DNA from: Phoronis australis
Taxonomy: Eukaryota; Animalia; Phoronida
Reading direction: 5' to 3'
DNA: 64,000 nt
Assembly: GCA_002633005.1 (NCBI GenBank)
Contig: NMRA01000133.1
Location: forward strand, 192,380 to 256,379
The notes under the pieces were generated by a model, which did not search any database, was not told where the DNA came from, and saw only the letters and a program-made list of their open reading frames with translations. Positions 41,901 through 56,900 of the stretch are shown here, one piece after another (position 1 is the first letter of the stretch; each line of letters opens with the position of its first letter). Position numbers and translations under genes: made by a program.

Positions 41901-44900
41901 AATTTATCAGTTATCTAGCCATTTGATCCTATCTTTTGAATCCACGCACGATTATGATTTTAAAATCTTCATATCTTAGTTTGTGTTGTATGGTGTCTGC
42001 TTTAGGGTGGAATTTGCGGTGTTTTGGGTTTGAGAGTGCAAGTAATGTGTTCAGGGGGAGATAATTCAAACGTATTGATTGTGTGATGTGAGTGTGAGGT
42101 TTTGTATGTTTTGAGTTTGAGAGTGCAAGTCATGTTTTCAGGGGGAGATAATATCAAGTAGATATTTAATTCTAAATGCTTCTTAGCACTAATTATAGAT
42201 ATACTTCTGCATTATATGCTGTGAGGGAGATTTTCTGTCTTGGGTTTGAGTGAACATGTGATTTTTTAGTCATGAAATGCTATCCCAATTGCATTTTACA
42301 GTGGTATAATAAAAACAATGCTCCCATGTCATTGAAATTTTAGCAAAATGCACTTTACTGTTAAATGGCATGGTCAGAACTCTCACAAGCCTTGCTTTCT
42401 TTTTTAAGACCTCAAATAGAATTATTGTACGGTGTCACTACGAATTACAAGTAAATAAACTGCAATCTGTTCTTGGCTGCTTTTTCCTTTTTTCAAGATG
42501 TCTTACCAAGACGTTGAAGCAAGATGTTTAATATAATTATGAGACTCAGTGTTTGCTAAATTCTTAATTTGACGTTGCAGGTGTCTGCCACCGATCCTGA
42601 CTGCGGTGTCAATGCACAAGTCACTTATTCTATTGCGTCTAACCTTGGCTTTGAGTATCCACGCGAGTTCTACATAAAAAACCACACAGGGGACATCTGT
42701 GTACTGCACAGCTTAGACTTTGAGACAAAGGATGAATACGAGTTCATTGTTGTTGCCAAAGATCTCGGTAAGGATGTTATGAGTTTGTCTACCTCATTGT
42801 TGACCTAATTTCAGCTGAAAACATACTATAAACCATTAGTAAAATCTGACCAATTTTAGAGACAATATGGCAGACGAGTGAGATTTTGTTTTCTCATTTT
42901 TTATATAAGATACGCAGCAGCAAATTACTGCTCCAACAATGTCAATGTTTAAACAGTTTAGGGTGGGAATCCACAGTAATGTTAGAAGACATTCAAAAGT
43001 GAAAAAAGCCAATTATTGGTAATTATTTTTGTATGAAATTGCTGAGATTTTTCCCTAAATAGTGATAACCAAGGAGAACTATGTTGTTGATCCTTACTAG
43101 GCCTTGTGAACGACATGTTACGAGTTACGTAACTCATAGAAACCACTTAAAACAACATATTTGGTTGTTATTGGAAATGAAAAGTTCACTGTTTTCAACA
43201 AGTCCGTATCAATGTTTTCTTTAATTTTAGATGGTCTTGACACGACAGCCAGTGTGAAAGTGAGGATTGTGGACATCAATGACAACCGTCCTGTCTTTTA
43301 CCCCTCACGGTACAGCGTGAATTTGCACGAGGATACCTCGCCTGGGGCCACTGTGGCGATCTTGTTCGCCACGGATGCAGACCAGGGTGTCAATAAACGT
43401 ATCATTTACAGCATCGTGTCTGGCAATGCTGGCGGGTTCTTTACGATCGACGCTAATAATGGTGAGTTGTGGTAATACGGGTGTATTTTAAGAAGCCATG
43501 TTAGAATTGGTAGTAGATGTTCAGATTTTGGGTCTTTTCAGAAACCTTTGATGTGTCTACCCTTGTAAAGGCTACTTTTGGTTTTTAAACCTTAAACAGT
43601 CTTTTGATGATCATGCATTTTGAAGAGATTATTATCATCTCACTTTCTTCAGTTGTGATTACCATTTATGCAAATGAGATTGTCTGCCGCACAGGTCAGC
43701 TGTTGCTGCTACTTCAGAAGACCCTGTGGGATAGAATGCCTGGATAACCTTAAAATTCTCTGTCTTCGTGTTCAAAAAATCGTTTAAGCAAGTTAAATTG
43801 TCTACCACAGAAGTCAGCCACTGCAGACCAACAGCTAAACAGCGTGCCCATGAATATGCTAGGCTGTCTTATTTTCATTTGAATCCTAGTTCATCAAATG
43901 TCGTTTATGTAAATGATGTCGTCTGCTTCACAGGTCATCTATATCTGCTGAGAACTTTGCCATACAACGTGCCTTTACATGTACTGCAAGTGCAAGCAGC
44001 AGACGGAGGAGGGCTAGCATCTCTGCAGAATGCTGAAGTCAGGGTTAGTGTGATCAAGAGCAACCAGCAGGCGCCAGAGTTTGACCTCAGCCTGTACAAG
44101 TTCAGTGTTGCGGAAAATGTCACCACAGGCAAATCGGTTGGAACTGTTCGTGCGACCAGCACTGATTCTGGTGAGTCTCTAGTGGGATGGAGTTGTAGCT
44201 TGGTTTTATTTTTTCTTAGCTTGCAATGTTTAGTTGCAAGAAGTGTCAAATTTTCTTTACAATTACATTTTGAAGCTATGTTGTTATTTCGTGGCTAGGT
44301 GGTTGGCTGAGATTGTTCGTAACTAATAGCATGTTTCACGCAACAGCAACTGAGAGTCACCAGGCAGTCGAGATAAGACAGCCACACTAAACCTTACAGT
44401 TTGTTGAGTCATGAAGTAGTGAACATGAACATTCCGAACACAAAAAAACTTCTGAATTAAGTGTTTCAAACTTTTATTTCGTCAAACAACTATCTGACTC
44501 AGAACTTGACAACTAGCATGCGCACAGTTCTACTCTTGTCATGGGACTGTATTCATAAATTCAATCTATGCTGTAACCTCTGCAACACGTGAAGTTTCTA
44601 CGTGTGCACGTTTGTTGCTCTGTTGTCATGTGAAAATAGCTGCAATTAAAGTAGAGCACTGCATGGTAACTGTTCGTCTGCGCGCTCCAATCAAATCAGC
44701 TCCAACAAGACCGCAGGACATCACAGTACTGTTACTCTGCAATTTTGTAAATTTATTGGTCAAAGACTTATCTGAGAGCAACATAACCATTGCTTTGGAA
44801 AATCCACTGTTATGATATTTTTACCACCATTTGGCGACAGCCACCAAATCCTATCACCATTTCCGCATTTCCACAAATACTCTTGGCACTAACTCATTAC

Positions 44901-47900
44901 ACCCCAAAACCTGACATTGCAAACTCCCCACAGTATAGATGTGGACTCACAAACATGAATATGAATTTTGCAATTCCCATTTGAATTTTCGTTTTTGGAG
45001 AACATTGAACCATCAAGTTAAATGTGGGAACCGTCGCCTGTAGAAAACCAAGAGAGGCATGATCTCAACATTTGACAATAAACAGCTTATCCGTCTAAAT
45101 CCTGTAGCTGGGGACAAAAGTCAGTTTTTTGAGCTGTTGGGCATCGAGAAGAGTTTCGTTAACTTTACTTACCAGGGAGTTGCACGTGTTGTTTTAGAAA
45201 TGGTAACTTTTCAGTATTTCATGCAAAACTAACGAAAGAAGTTGTTTTCAAATTTTTAAAGACTGACTACTTGTTATCCTGCAAATAAAGAAGATTTACT
45301 AACTGTGTTTTTGACATCTTAATGTTCAATTTTGTGAGAAACTTCGTAAATTGAAATTTCCAGTATCAGTTGTATTGCGTAATAAATGGGTGAAATGTTA
45401 CTTAGGACGTTTATTGATATATCCTTATCACTGTTTCTTCATCTTTGTTTAGGCGCTGGTTCTATAACCTACTCCATTGTTGCCGGAGATCCCTCAAGCT
45501 ACTTCTCTATCAACCCGTCAACGGGCGTGGTGACCACTCGGACCGTGCTGGACCATGAGCGGCACTCGTCTCTGCTGCTGAACCTGCAAGCAGCCATTGG
45601 CAACCCTCCTTTGTATGGTAGAACACAGGTAATTCGAAGCAATTTACTCCTAACTTGTTTCATTCCTGTTTGAAGTTTGCTATTTAGGCATGAGTTAGTT
45701 AACACCTCAATGGGTCTCTGACACGTTTACCATTGTCTGACAAGCAAATTAGTTCAGAGTGGAATGAATCAAGGTGAGTGGCAATAACTATTGTCGTTGA
45801 AGCCATCAATGAACTTCATCCTGTCCCTTTTTCATCTTGTATAATATCATGGCGTATTAAAAAAATGAACCAAAACCAGGATTTTCAAACATGTTGCTAC
45901 ATGGAGCTTTAAAATAGTTTTCATAGCTATTTGTACTTGTTGCAAATTTGCGGGTTGTGTTTGCTTGTCACATGCAGGACAATGCAGTCATAATTTTCCT
46001 AAAATAATTGAGTATTCTAAAATAAGCACACTGGAGTTGATGGAATGTTATTAATAGGGTAATCGTAACCATAGTGAACACATACAAACACGCCATCTAG
46101 TGTCATGTTAAGAAAAACGGTTTGTTTTCTTCTGTTGTAGTTGAACATCACCATCACTGACGTTAATGACAACCCTCCCCATTTCAATATCCGTAACATC
46201 GCCATAAATATCCGTGAGGACACCGACACGAACACTGTCATTTATCAGGCGCACGCCGTCGACCCTGACAGTGGCGCTAATGGTCGTGTCCGCTACACGT
46301 TGCTAACGAATCCTGCAGGCAGGTTCACCATCAACGCAGTGTCTGGCGCCATTCGCCTTACTCAAGCAGTTGACTATGAACAGAGAAAAAACTACACGGT
46401 TGTAGTTGGGGCACAAGATGGCGGAACACCTTCAGAGTCGTCGCAAATGGTCGTCATATTTAATATTCAAGACGTGAATGATAACGCACCTGTGTTCACA
46501 GCTAACAAATACACGTTCACCATCTCAGAGGCTGTCGGGCCATCCACTAAGATCGGCCAGGTCAAAGCAACTGATCGCGATTCTGGAAACAATGCCCGTA
46601 TCACCTACAATTTGGTCCGATCTTCCCAGGCGCCCCTAAGCTTTGGAATATTTACCAATGATGGCTACATCTATAACACTCAGACTCTGAATCGTGAAGT
46701 CAAGGACAAATATGTGTTTCAAGTTATGGCCTCAGATAATGGCAGCCCTATCAAGAACTCTTTGGTCACCGTTGAGGTTATTGTTGAGGATGTCAATGAT
46801 GTTAGCCCTGACTTTACACGTTCGGTGTATCAGTTTTCTCTTTTGGAGAATGAGCCAGTAGGCACGGTCATAGGTATGGTGTCGGCAGTCGATGGTGACC
46901 TGGGAGACAACTCCAAGCTCACTTACGAGCTAGTAAGCACGAGCAGCAGCTTTGCAGTGGAGCCCAACAGCGGACAAATCAAAACAAAGATCAGGTTTGA
47001 TCGTGAGTCTGGTGTGATGGAATACGTGTTTACAGTCAAGGTTAAGGACCATGGCAGTGAGCCACTCAGTGACACGGCCGATGTCAAGGTCACTATACTA
47101 GACCGCAATGATAATCCGCCACAGTTCCAGCCTAGCTCCGCCTACAATGCAGGCGTGGAGGAGAATAAAGCCAAAGGAACAAGTGTCATCCGCGTGTCTG
47201 CCGTTGATCCGGACGTGGGTCGAAATGGCACAGTGAGGTACTCGCTGAAATCCGGTGTTGGCGATAATAGGAACTTCCAGATCAATCCACTGTCAGGCTG
47301 GATCACCACTACAGAAGTATTAGATCGTGAGACCAAGGGCTCATACACTCTTGTTGTGATTGCCAGAGATAATGGTATTCCGTCTCAGTTATCATCGCAG
47401 GCTACTGTTCAAGTAACTGTGAGAGATGTTAATGAACCACCCACATTCCCAACGGCATTCATTTCGTTCAGCGTAAAAGAGAACACGCCCCCAGGGACAA
47501 TCGTTGGCAGGGTTCAAGCCAATGATAATGACCAAGGAGCCAATGCGGAAATCAAATACTATCTGGTTAGCGGAAATTTGTTTGGTACATTTGGACTGAA
47601 CATGACTACTGGAGATGTATACATAGCACGCCCTGTTGATTACGAGATGAGCTCTGGCTACCAAATGAGAGTGCATGCTGTGGACAGTAGTGCCATTAAT
47701 CAGCAGAGTACCTACGTCAATGTCAATATTACGGTCCTCGACATGAATGACAACCAACCAAAGTTCACACAAGATCCAGTCGTCTTGAGCGTGAATGAAG
47801 GGTTAAGTAGCGGCTCTGAAGTATTCACGTACACTGCAACTGACGCTGACAGTGGCTGGAACAGCATGTTAAAGTACACCATTGTTAGCCAATCGCCTGA

Positions 47901-50900
47901 TGGCCAGCCATATTTTGTTCTTGATTCCACTTCTGGCAAACTGACGGTTGGTCCTCGTGATATTGACGCAGAAGTCGACAGTGAAATTCTGCTCATAGTT
48001 CAAGCAGAGGACCAGGCTGTAAAAGTAAGTGACAGAAGAGTGACTCGTCTAACCACCATTATCACGGTAGTTGATCTCAATGACAATGCGCCATCATTTC
48101 AGTCGAGAAATGTCATTAGCGTCATGGAGGACGAACCAGTTGGATACCCGGCAACACACGTGATTGCCCGTGACAACGACAAAGGAGAAAATGGCCGTGT
48201 CACGTTCACGATTCTATCGGGGAATGCCGAACAGAAGTTTCACCTTGATACCACCTCGGGTCTTCTTACTCTCAAAGCCATGTTAGATCGTGAGGAGAAA
48301 GCGCAATACCAGCTTGTGATTATGGCCACTGACCATGGGTCAACCCCAAAGTCATCCACGCAGACCTTGACCATCAATGTAATTGACCTGAACGACAATG
48401 CGCCTCATTTTGAGAAGGCTGTGTACAAAGTTAACGTTACAGAAAATCAGCCTCAGATACCTGTTACTACTGTCGTGGCAACGGACACAGATTCAGGTCA
48501 GTTGTTGTTGATTTATAGTTTCTAGGAAATTTTACATTATAGACATTAAGAATTAGCATACTGCAAGCATTCAAGCTTGTGTGATATGCAAGCAAAGGAT
48601 CTACTTTGTAAAATTGCTTTTTCCTAAATAATATTTAATAACCAATGGCTTTGAAATCTGAATGTCTAATAAAAATGTTTAATCGTATTATGAGGGAAAA
48701 ATTCTCGCATTGATAGTTATTAGGTTTTCACCACAATGGACATTGTGTGACATGGTCTAATCAACTACTGGTGGATTTTTTTCTTAAAGCCTAAGTATTT
48801 ACTGCTGAAAATGAACAATCGTTTCCTTCAGTAACTTGAAAACCATATTTTTAACTGACTTCTTCTTTTGGAGGCTTCATCATATTGTCAGATGGCATTA
48901 ATTTCAATGGAAGTTTTGTTTATTTTCTATTTTTTTCATTTTATTTTTGTTAAATGGATGTTACACTCTTTTCTGATGCAGGCGATAACAGCAACCTGAC
49001 CTATTTCTTTGCTGAGGGCACAGCTGGTGGAAAATTTGAGATCGACGCAAAGACTGGTGAGATAACTACGACAGAGGTTCTTGACCGTGAGCAAAGGGAT
49101 ACGTACATCTTGACCGTGTACGTCCGCGATAATGGCTTCCCAACGCAGTACGATTCTGCCACGGTAATTGTGGATGTGCTGGATGTCAACGATCACACAC
49201 CAGTGTTCGTCTCTTCAGTTTATGCCCTAGTGGTTCCGGAGAATAATGCAGCCGTGACGGTGATTCATTCCGTGGTGGCAACCGACGCAGATTCCGGTGT
49301 CAATGGCAATATTACCTACAGCATCATAGGTTGGTAGATAACATTTTGGCTTTTTTTTATCTACAGAAATTGTTGTTAGGCTTTGCCATACATTTACAGT
49401 TTCTGAAATTTAGGACTTTTGCCACTGCAATCTGAAAGTTATCTGTTGGAATAGCCTGCCAGGGAATGTTGTCGAGACAAAGAAAGATTGGATTTAGGAT
49501 TCAAGTGTTTCAGTTACTTTCCTTAAAATCAAAGTCTTTGTTAAAATGTCACCCATAGGGTTGTATATGCTTACAGTAGCTATTTCCAGTATATTGGTCT
49601 CCATCATTATTCATTTGACCACTTGATTTTTTTGTCGAAGGATGGTTTAAATAATAAGAAATAAACACTCATTCAAACTATGTTTTTTCGTTTCCAGCTG
49701 GTAACATTGGCAACAAGTTCTCTATCAATCCACGGACAGGGGAACTTAGTGTGGGTGCACTCGACCGAGAGGCACAGGCTCGCTACAACCTCACTATCCG
49801 TGCTCGAGACCAGGGTGTGTCCCCCCTCTCCAGCACGTGTCTGGTCACGGTTACTGTGGAGGACATCAATGATAATGACCCCGTCTTCACCAAGGATGTC
49901 TACGCGAAGAGTATATATGAGGATGAACCCATCGGTGCCACGGTGATGACGATTCAGGCTACGGATGCAGACGAGGCGGGCAATAATAGCAAGATCTCGT
50001 ATAGTTTGAACAACAGGACCCAGGGAATGTTCAAGATAAACAATAGTACAGGCGTCATCACAACAACAGGGTAAGTGGTCAATGGTAGATCACAATAACA
50101 GGGTTAGTGGTCTATAGTACATCATAGTACAGGGTAAGTACATTGTATACATCACTACAACAGGGTAAGTGGTGTATTGTGTATATCACAACAACAGGGT
50201 AAGTTGTCTATAATATATCATAGCAGCAGAGTGTGTGGTCTATAGTATATTGTCTCAGGTAAGCCGGAGAAAAACTCTTGCATAAATCTGATTCAATTGG
50301 ACTTAGAAAAGGTGAAATCTGAATTATCCAAAGGGATGATTGTGCAAACTAAAACATTATATGTCTCAGATGTTGGATCAAACTAGAATGAGATTTTATC
50401 CTTCAAAAGCAAAATCCAACTTATCGTAAGGGTCGAGTGCACAAACTTTATCTAACAGAAATTTTGTCCAAGTTAGACGAGCAATCCACTTAGTAGTGTT
50501 TGTCATTTATTTTATTATAAGTTAGAAAGGAATAACACACGCTGATATAGATCCACTTGGTCATTCAAACTTCCACACTGATGATATAAAGACATAATGT
50601 GCATTACTAATGTACTAATGTGCTTTCTTCATCAAAATGTCTACCATGAAATTTTTGTATTATTTTCTTCTCCTTTTTATTCTTGAGTTATTGCCAAAGA
50701 CTATTGTTATTATTTCCTCATAGTCACATGTTACAAGGATATGTAAGAGGTAATGGCGATTAATTAGCAATTTTACCGTTTACATTTTAGCCTCTTAAAC
50801 CGGGAGAAAGTTGCCAGTTATCAGTTTGAGGTAAGAGCGTCCGATGCCGGGCTCTACGATCCCCGGAAGTCGGTCAAGCAGGTGACCATCACAATACTGG

Positions 50901-53900
50901 ACGTCAACGATAATGCGCCCTACTTTACACAGATCCCATTCAATGCTAACGTCTCCATCGGAACACGAACGGGAACGGAAATATCACAGGTAGAGTTCTC
51001 ACGAACGCGTATTCACATGTTATTCAAAAATACCTGATAGGACATCAACCTTAGTGAATTAATTGCCAGTTCTTCACAAATCCAGAAAGCCCTTCTCATT
51101 TGAGTAAGGAACAAGTTGAGACCAATTTCACAGCAGTAAGTCTAAGACAACAGTTTGCTTTTTGGGTGGAATGCAGGTTTATTGCCACTTTAAGTGAAGA
51201 AAATAATGGAATGAAATTAATGAGAATTTTGTTGGTTCCAGTTGATTGCTGAAGACAAGGATGAAGGTGTCAATTCTCAGATCGTGTACAGATTCAAGCA
51301 GCCTGATGGAAAGCAAGAGAAATATTATAGTATTGAGAGCTTGCAGAACAAAGGTCACGTGAAAGTAAAGCGGTCGCTTGACATCAACGCAGGCAACATT
51401 CACACCATGACAGTGAAGGCATGTGATAACGGCATCAACAAGCAGGGAGGAAGTGATTCACTCTGCTCTGAAGGTAAGATAACTTTGTACTCGTACGCCC
51501 AATTCCTGTGTTTCAGTCATGTCATAAAGTCCAAGACAGATGCAAATTGCCTATTCCTAAAATACCACATAATACAGCAGTTTACTTTTCTATTTCACAA
51601 TATATTTGTTCTTCATTTTTTGCTTCATCCATTTAAATAAAGCCGTTCCTTGACTTTTCTAACACAGTCCCTGCTTTCACTTGTCTACTGACTGCGTTGC
51701 TAGAGGTCGTTGATCTTCCAATTTTTCACAAATCCTGATGTTCATAGTCCTACTGTTTTCAGACAGAGATTAACATTTGCTGAGCTGACCTAAGGAGTGA
51801 ATTGAAAGTGCTCAACACTAAAATGGGATCATCTGATTTCATAGCCAAATTTCATTTTTTCACCTGTTTCACAACTTGCTGGTATTGGTAATGGTTCTTG
51901 TATAGTAATCGCACACTATCAAGAAAAATATTTTTACCTGATGTGAGACGAGCAACTTTCTATTTGAATTGTATGAGCTGTTTTTTTGTCTTTCTTGTTT
52001 CACTTATTTGTCAATCCTACCCTTGTTTCCCCAGGTTTACTGGTGGTCCGTATTGGCGACAACCCAAGTATCAGTACGCTGCGCTTTGACAAGTTTACCT
52101 ATGCCGCATACATTTCTGAGGCAGCCACCGTGGACACTGAGGTAACCACTGTCAGAGCCAGCTATGTACAGCCTAGCCCAGGACAGACGAGCATAAAGTA
52201 CAGCTTTGCTAACAGTAACGATGATGAGATTTTCCGTATCAACGAAGATAATGGTAGGTTATCCTATTACCCCGAACATTAATCTTTTATAAGGGACTTA
52301 ATTTCTAGTGAGTGACAGAAGTTTGGATTTTCGTAAGAGGTTTACAACTTTTCTGGGCATTCTTCCAATAATTCCGTGTTGAAGTACTACTCAGTGTTTA
52401 CCCACAATGCTGTGCCCAAGGAAGCCACTTGAGCTACAACTACAACCGTGCTTATAACTAATTGCAAATCAAACTTAGCTTGTCATTATTCTACATGCCA
52501 ATAAAGTTTCACTACCTTGTATAGTGGCCAAAAACAATATGAGTTATTGTTAAGAATTTGTGGTTCATTTGTTGATGTATTATGCCTGGTTTTTGGATAA
52601 TTTACTCCTGATTTACTTTTATTCAACTAGGTGTCATCACTATCAAGGATCAGACCAAGTTGGATTACGAGACGACCCAGCGACTTCGTCTCATTGTTCT
52701 CGCAGCATCTACCACGGCACATGGCTACACAACTGTCTGGGTCAATTTGAATGACTACAATGACAATGCCCCCAAGTTTGCTGAGAATCGATACACATCG
52801 TCCGTGTACGAGGGCAACAACAGGGGTACTTATGTAACCCAGGTAAGTCGCAGTCTGAATTTTCATTGGGAAGTTATTTGTAGGAATTTCTTTTTGAAAG
52901 CAGCGAGAACAATTACAATTAAATTCAAGTAACCAAATCGTAGGGCTAGAGGATAGCAAGTTTAGTGTAGGGTTACACATAGTGTGTTCAGAGAAATTGG
53001 CTTATAATATAGAAAACGTTCTGAAAAGGGAAAAAGGATTATTTTAGACATAAGGACTCTTATTGTTATGAACATTATTTTGTTTGTCTATGTATAAGGA
53101 TGAAACTGTCCTAAATTAACACTCATCATAATTGATGCTCTATATTGGTATGAAAGGCCTCTGGCCCAGAGCGTGTTCACAATGTTCTCTAGCCAATAGA
53201 GGGTGTTTAGTGAAGCCTAGCTTCAGTTAGCTTGTGACACTGCAGGCTCATGGTGTGTTTGGCTTGTGACATGAACATAATGAATGTATACGCTCAGAAG
53301 TTTATGGGCAGGATGCCCACTGCAAGTCTGATTGGATTTCTATGTGGCATCTGTGGTTCCGTTGGTTCAGTTTACTGGAATGTCTGCAGAGTTAGCAGAA
53401 GGTACCTGGTTCGCATCCCGGTCGGGGCAGAAATCTTTTCAGACTTGTGTTCATTAGGTCATATGATGTGGCCAACAGGTGGCGTGCAGACCAGACTTAA
53501 GACAAGAACATGTTTGAGTTGCAAATGATCTAGCACTGCTGTTTCATTATGAAACCTTTTATAAAATCATGCTCGCTAACATTTATTATAGGTATCGGCC
53601 AGCGATGCAGACTCTGGCGATAATGGCCAGATTCGCTACAACATTGTCAGTGGCAACCGCAACGATGCCTTCACCATCTTCCCTGCTCATAGTGGGATCG
53701 TCACGACCAATAAGAGACTTGATCGTGAAATCCAGGACTCCTATAGGTTGGAGATCGAGGCGGTCGACATGGGTGACCCACCACGCTCCAGTACATGTAC
53801 TCTGAGGATTACAGTGGTGGATATCAATGATAACGAACCGTTCATACCAGACCTGGTGCCAGTTAGTCTCCCAGAAGGTAAGTTTGATCCCATCAGGTTG

Positions 53901-56900
53901 CTCCTAAATGAGTATTCTGAATATGTAAGCCATGTTATGGAGGTAGTATCTGGCTGAAATAAGTAGCATATGAGATCATCCTAGCACACAAAATTAAAGT
54001 TTTCAGAATTGTGGTGTAAAGCATTCCAGAAAAAAGCGATTAAGCTAAAATTTTCCAGAAAAATCGCAATGGTTGTTGAAAAATTGTTCTAGTGTGCTGT
54101 GAGAGTCATTAACTCATACTTACTCGGAACAGTCTTTATTCTACATTTTCTTGGTCATTGCATTATTTTTTGGACTTGAAAATTGGCGTTGTTCTCTTTA
54201 CAGGAACTGACGTAGGTACTGTCATCACCACGGTAACAGCCACGGATGCCGACACTAACCCCACACTTACCTACAGCTTTGCTCCCAATGGTAATCCTGA
54301 CAACACGTTCAGCATTGATCGGTTCAGCGGGAAACTGAGCTTGGCCAAGAGTGTGGACCACGAGAAAAAGTCTCTATATGTGCTCATGATAACGGTGAGT
54401 GGACAGTCTGATGTAGTCCAACTTCCTTCACTGACAATGGGACATTTCTTTCCATTGCATAGAAGGCGTTTGAGTCGTCCTATTTTTGAATCCAAAACAC
54501 TTGAATCCTTGATAAGTGTAATAAGGGATGGTAATATGATCAGCTGCGACCAATACATGCACTAATATACATAACGCTTAAATCATCAAATAACACCCAG
54601 CAGGAATTTGCATCAGTCGGTTCCAACCGAACCCAACTGCTTTCTTCCACATTAGATTAAAGAGACTTAACATAAAGGTCACATGGAAAAATTAGAACAC
54701 AAAAACAAGCGAATTGTTGAACATTTTCTGAGTTGTGCAAAGATCTGACTTGTGTGCCACCTGTTGTTTCAAGTTATGCATGACTGGAAATAAGGCTGTG
54801 AGAAAAGTCCAACGAAAGTAGGTAAATTTCACTTTAAATACACTTGTCATAGAGACTGTTTGTCAACTTTTCTTACAGGCCTCGGACACCGTTCACGACA
54901 CCACAGCCAATTTGACGGTGAATATCCTCGACGTCAATGACAACGCACCCGTCTTCAGAGACACCACCTATATGGTAGATGTTCCCGAATTGTCACCTCC
55001 TGGGTATTCTGTCATTACTGTGACCGCCTCCGACGCCGACTCTGGGCGGAATAGTGACATCACATACAGTATTGTGTCCGTCCAAGGCAGTGAGGCATTC
55101 CATATAAATCCTTCAACTGGTGAGTTCTGAATATGACTATTCTTTTGTTGCTCAGGCGCTTTTGTTGCTGAGACTCATTTGTTGCTGAGGCTTTTTTGCT
55201 GCTGAGGCTCTTTTGTTGCTGAGGCTATTTTGTTGCTGAGGCTATTTTGTTGCTGAGGCTATTTTGTTGCTGAGGCTATTTTGTTGCTGAGGCTATTTTG
55301 TTGATGCTTGAATAGAAGGGACCTCTCTATGCAATAATGTATGTTTCTCAGATTTTGTGAGCAAAGAAAATATTAAACGCAGTAACAGTTGTTGATCCAT
55401 AAATCAAGCAAGCTGTTTTTCTCTGTTACGCATTCCCATCAACTGTTCTGTCGTTTCAGGTACCATCTACACTAATAAGACGGTGATCTACTCGCCCAAT
55501 CAGCAGGTAATCTCTCTGGTCATTACAGCGACGGATAATGGCCGTACACCTCTCAGTAGTCTGGTCAGTGTACGTATACGCATTACGGATATCAACAACT
55601 ACAGCCCTAGGTTCCTGGGCAGTCCGTACAGGTAATGACTGGATTTGGTTGTAACTATTCACTTTTGTTGCCAGAAGGCTGGGTTGGTTATGTTCAGACA
55701 CTGTTTATCAAAAAGTGACATTTAATGTGAGTGAACTCAACACTGGTTTCATGAGAATTGTTCAGTTATTTCTCACAAAAATAATTAAGTCCATTCTTTT
55801 TGAAATTTTACATAAATTTTACATGATAAATTTCAACTTTCCTTGCCTTATTGCATGTCAAATAGGTTTGTTGAAGAATTATTCTGAGTGTATTGAAAGC
55901 AGCCTTGTAGGAATTCGTCTTACTTGGTAATTGACTGATTGCCTTTAATTCATTCTGGCCTTTCTTTGCTGTTGTTATTCTAAAGCTTTGTCTTGTTACT
56001 ATGAATCTTTTTGTACCATTTATTATCAACTTTTCTAGTCTCTGTTCTTTTTGGAAGTTTTGTCAAAGATTTAATCCTGTCTTGTAAATGGTCATAAATG
56101 GTCTTTTTGCAGCGCTTATGTCAATGAACACACGGCCACTGGCAGGACCATACTGCAAGTGTCGGCTGAAGACAAAGATGATTCGACGGACAACAAACGC
56201 GTCAACTACGAGATTCAATCTGGTAATGAGGAGAACAAGTTTGAAATTATCCCCAGCACAGGAGAGATAATTTTAGTCGGAGATCTAGATCGCGAGACTA
56301 AGTCATTGTACACACTCAGTGTGAAGGCTTCGGATCACGGCACGCCACCTATGGCTTCTACTGCCACTGTGTTTATTTACGTAAATGATATCAATGACTG
56401 GGCACCGGAATTCAATCAGTCCGTGTATAGTGTATCGGTCGATGAAAGCATTCCACCAGGGACATCTATTGTCCAGGTTTACGCCACCGACAAAGATGTC
56501 GTCAGTCAAGAGATTGAGTACGCGATCACTTCGGGCAACGAGGACGGAATGTTTGTCGTTAATGAGCAGACCGGCTTGATTTCTGTTTCGTCGACCAAGC
56601 AGGTTGATCACGACACAAAATCGATATATAAACTGGTTGTCCGGGCACGAGACTCCGCCATTCAAGGACAAGATCGTTTGTCTGCGTATGCTACTGTCAT
56701 AGTGAACATTACTGATATCAATGATCATGAACCGATGTTCCCAGTCCTGATGTACCTAGAAAGTGTCAGGGAAGATGCTAAAGTCGGTACAAGTGTGTTC
56801 ACAGCTCACGCCAACGACGGAGACAAGGGAATCTATGGCACTGTGGAGTATCAGATTACTGAGAATAACGAATATTTCCTCATCGATAAGAACACAGGTG

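Larger units (their letters stand above)
8999..42580 (+). other. 33,582-bp ds intron
   Basis: GT at 8999 and ttgcag ending at 42580. Joining gives ...SCFLR|VSATDPDCG..., a continuous cadherin repeat. No cadherin-like exon was found in between. Confidence 0.88.

Noticed and set aside
9038-42500. Many 60-166 aa ORFs in the giant intron (e.g. 19338..19838, 23673..24041, 24200..24436, 31735..32118, 36412..36717) as a nested gene or retroelement
   Set aside because: No recognisable domain, no RT/transposase motifs, composition typical of random AT-rich DNA, and no consistent splice chain.
8999-42580. TEAD (CATTCC) and TCF (CTTTGWW) motifs as evidence of Hippo/Wnt feedback on ds
   Set aside because: They occur at roughly the frequency expected by chance in 33 kb of AT-rich DNA, with no clear cluster.
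43122-43135. Perfect 14-bp palindrome GAGTTACGTAACTC (PAR-bZIP-like site)
   Set aside because: Several palindromes of this length are expected by chance in 64 kb, and there is no supporting context.
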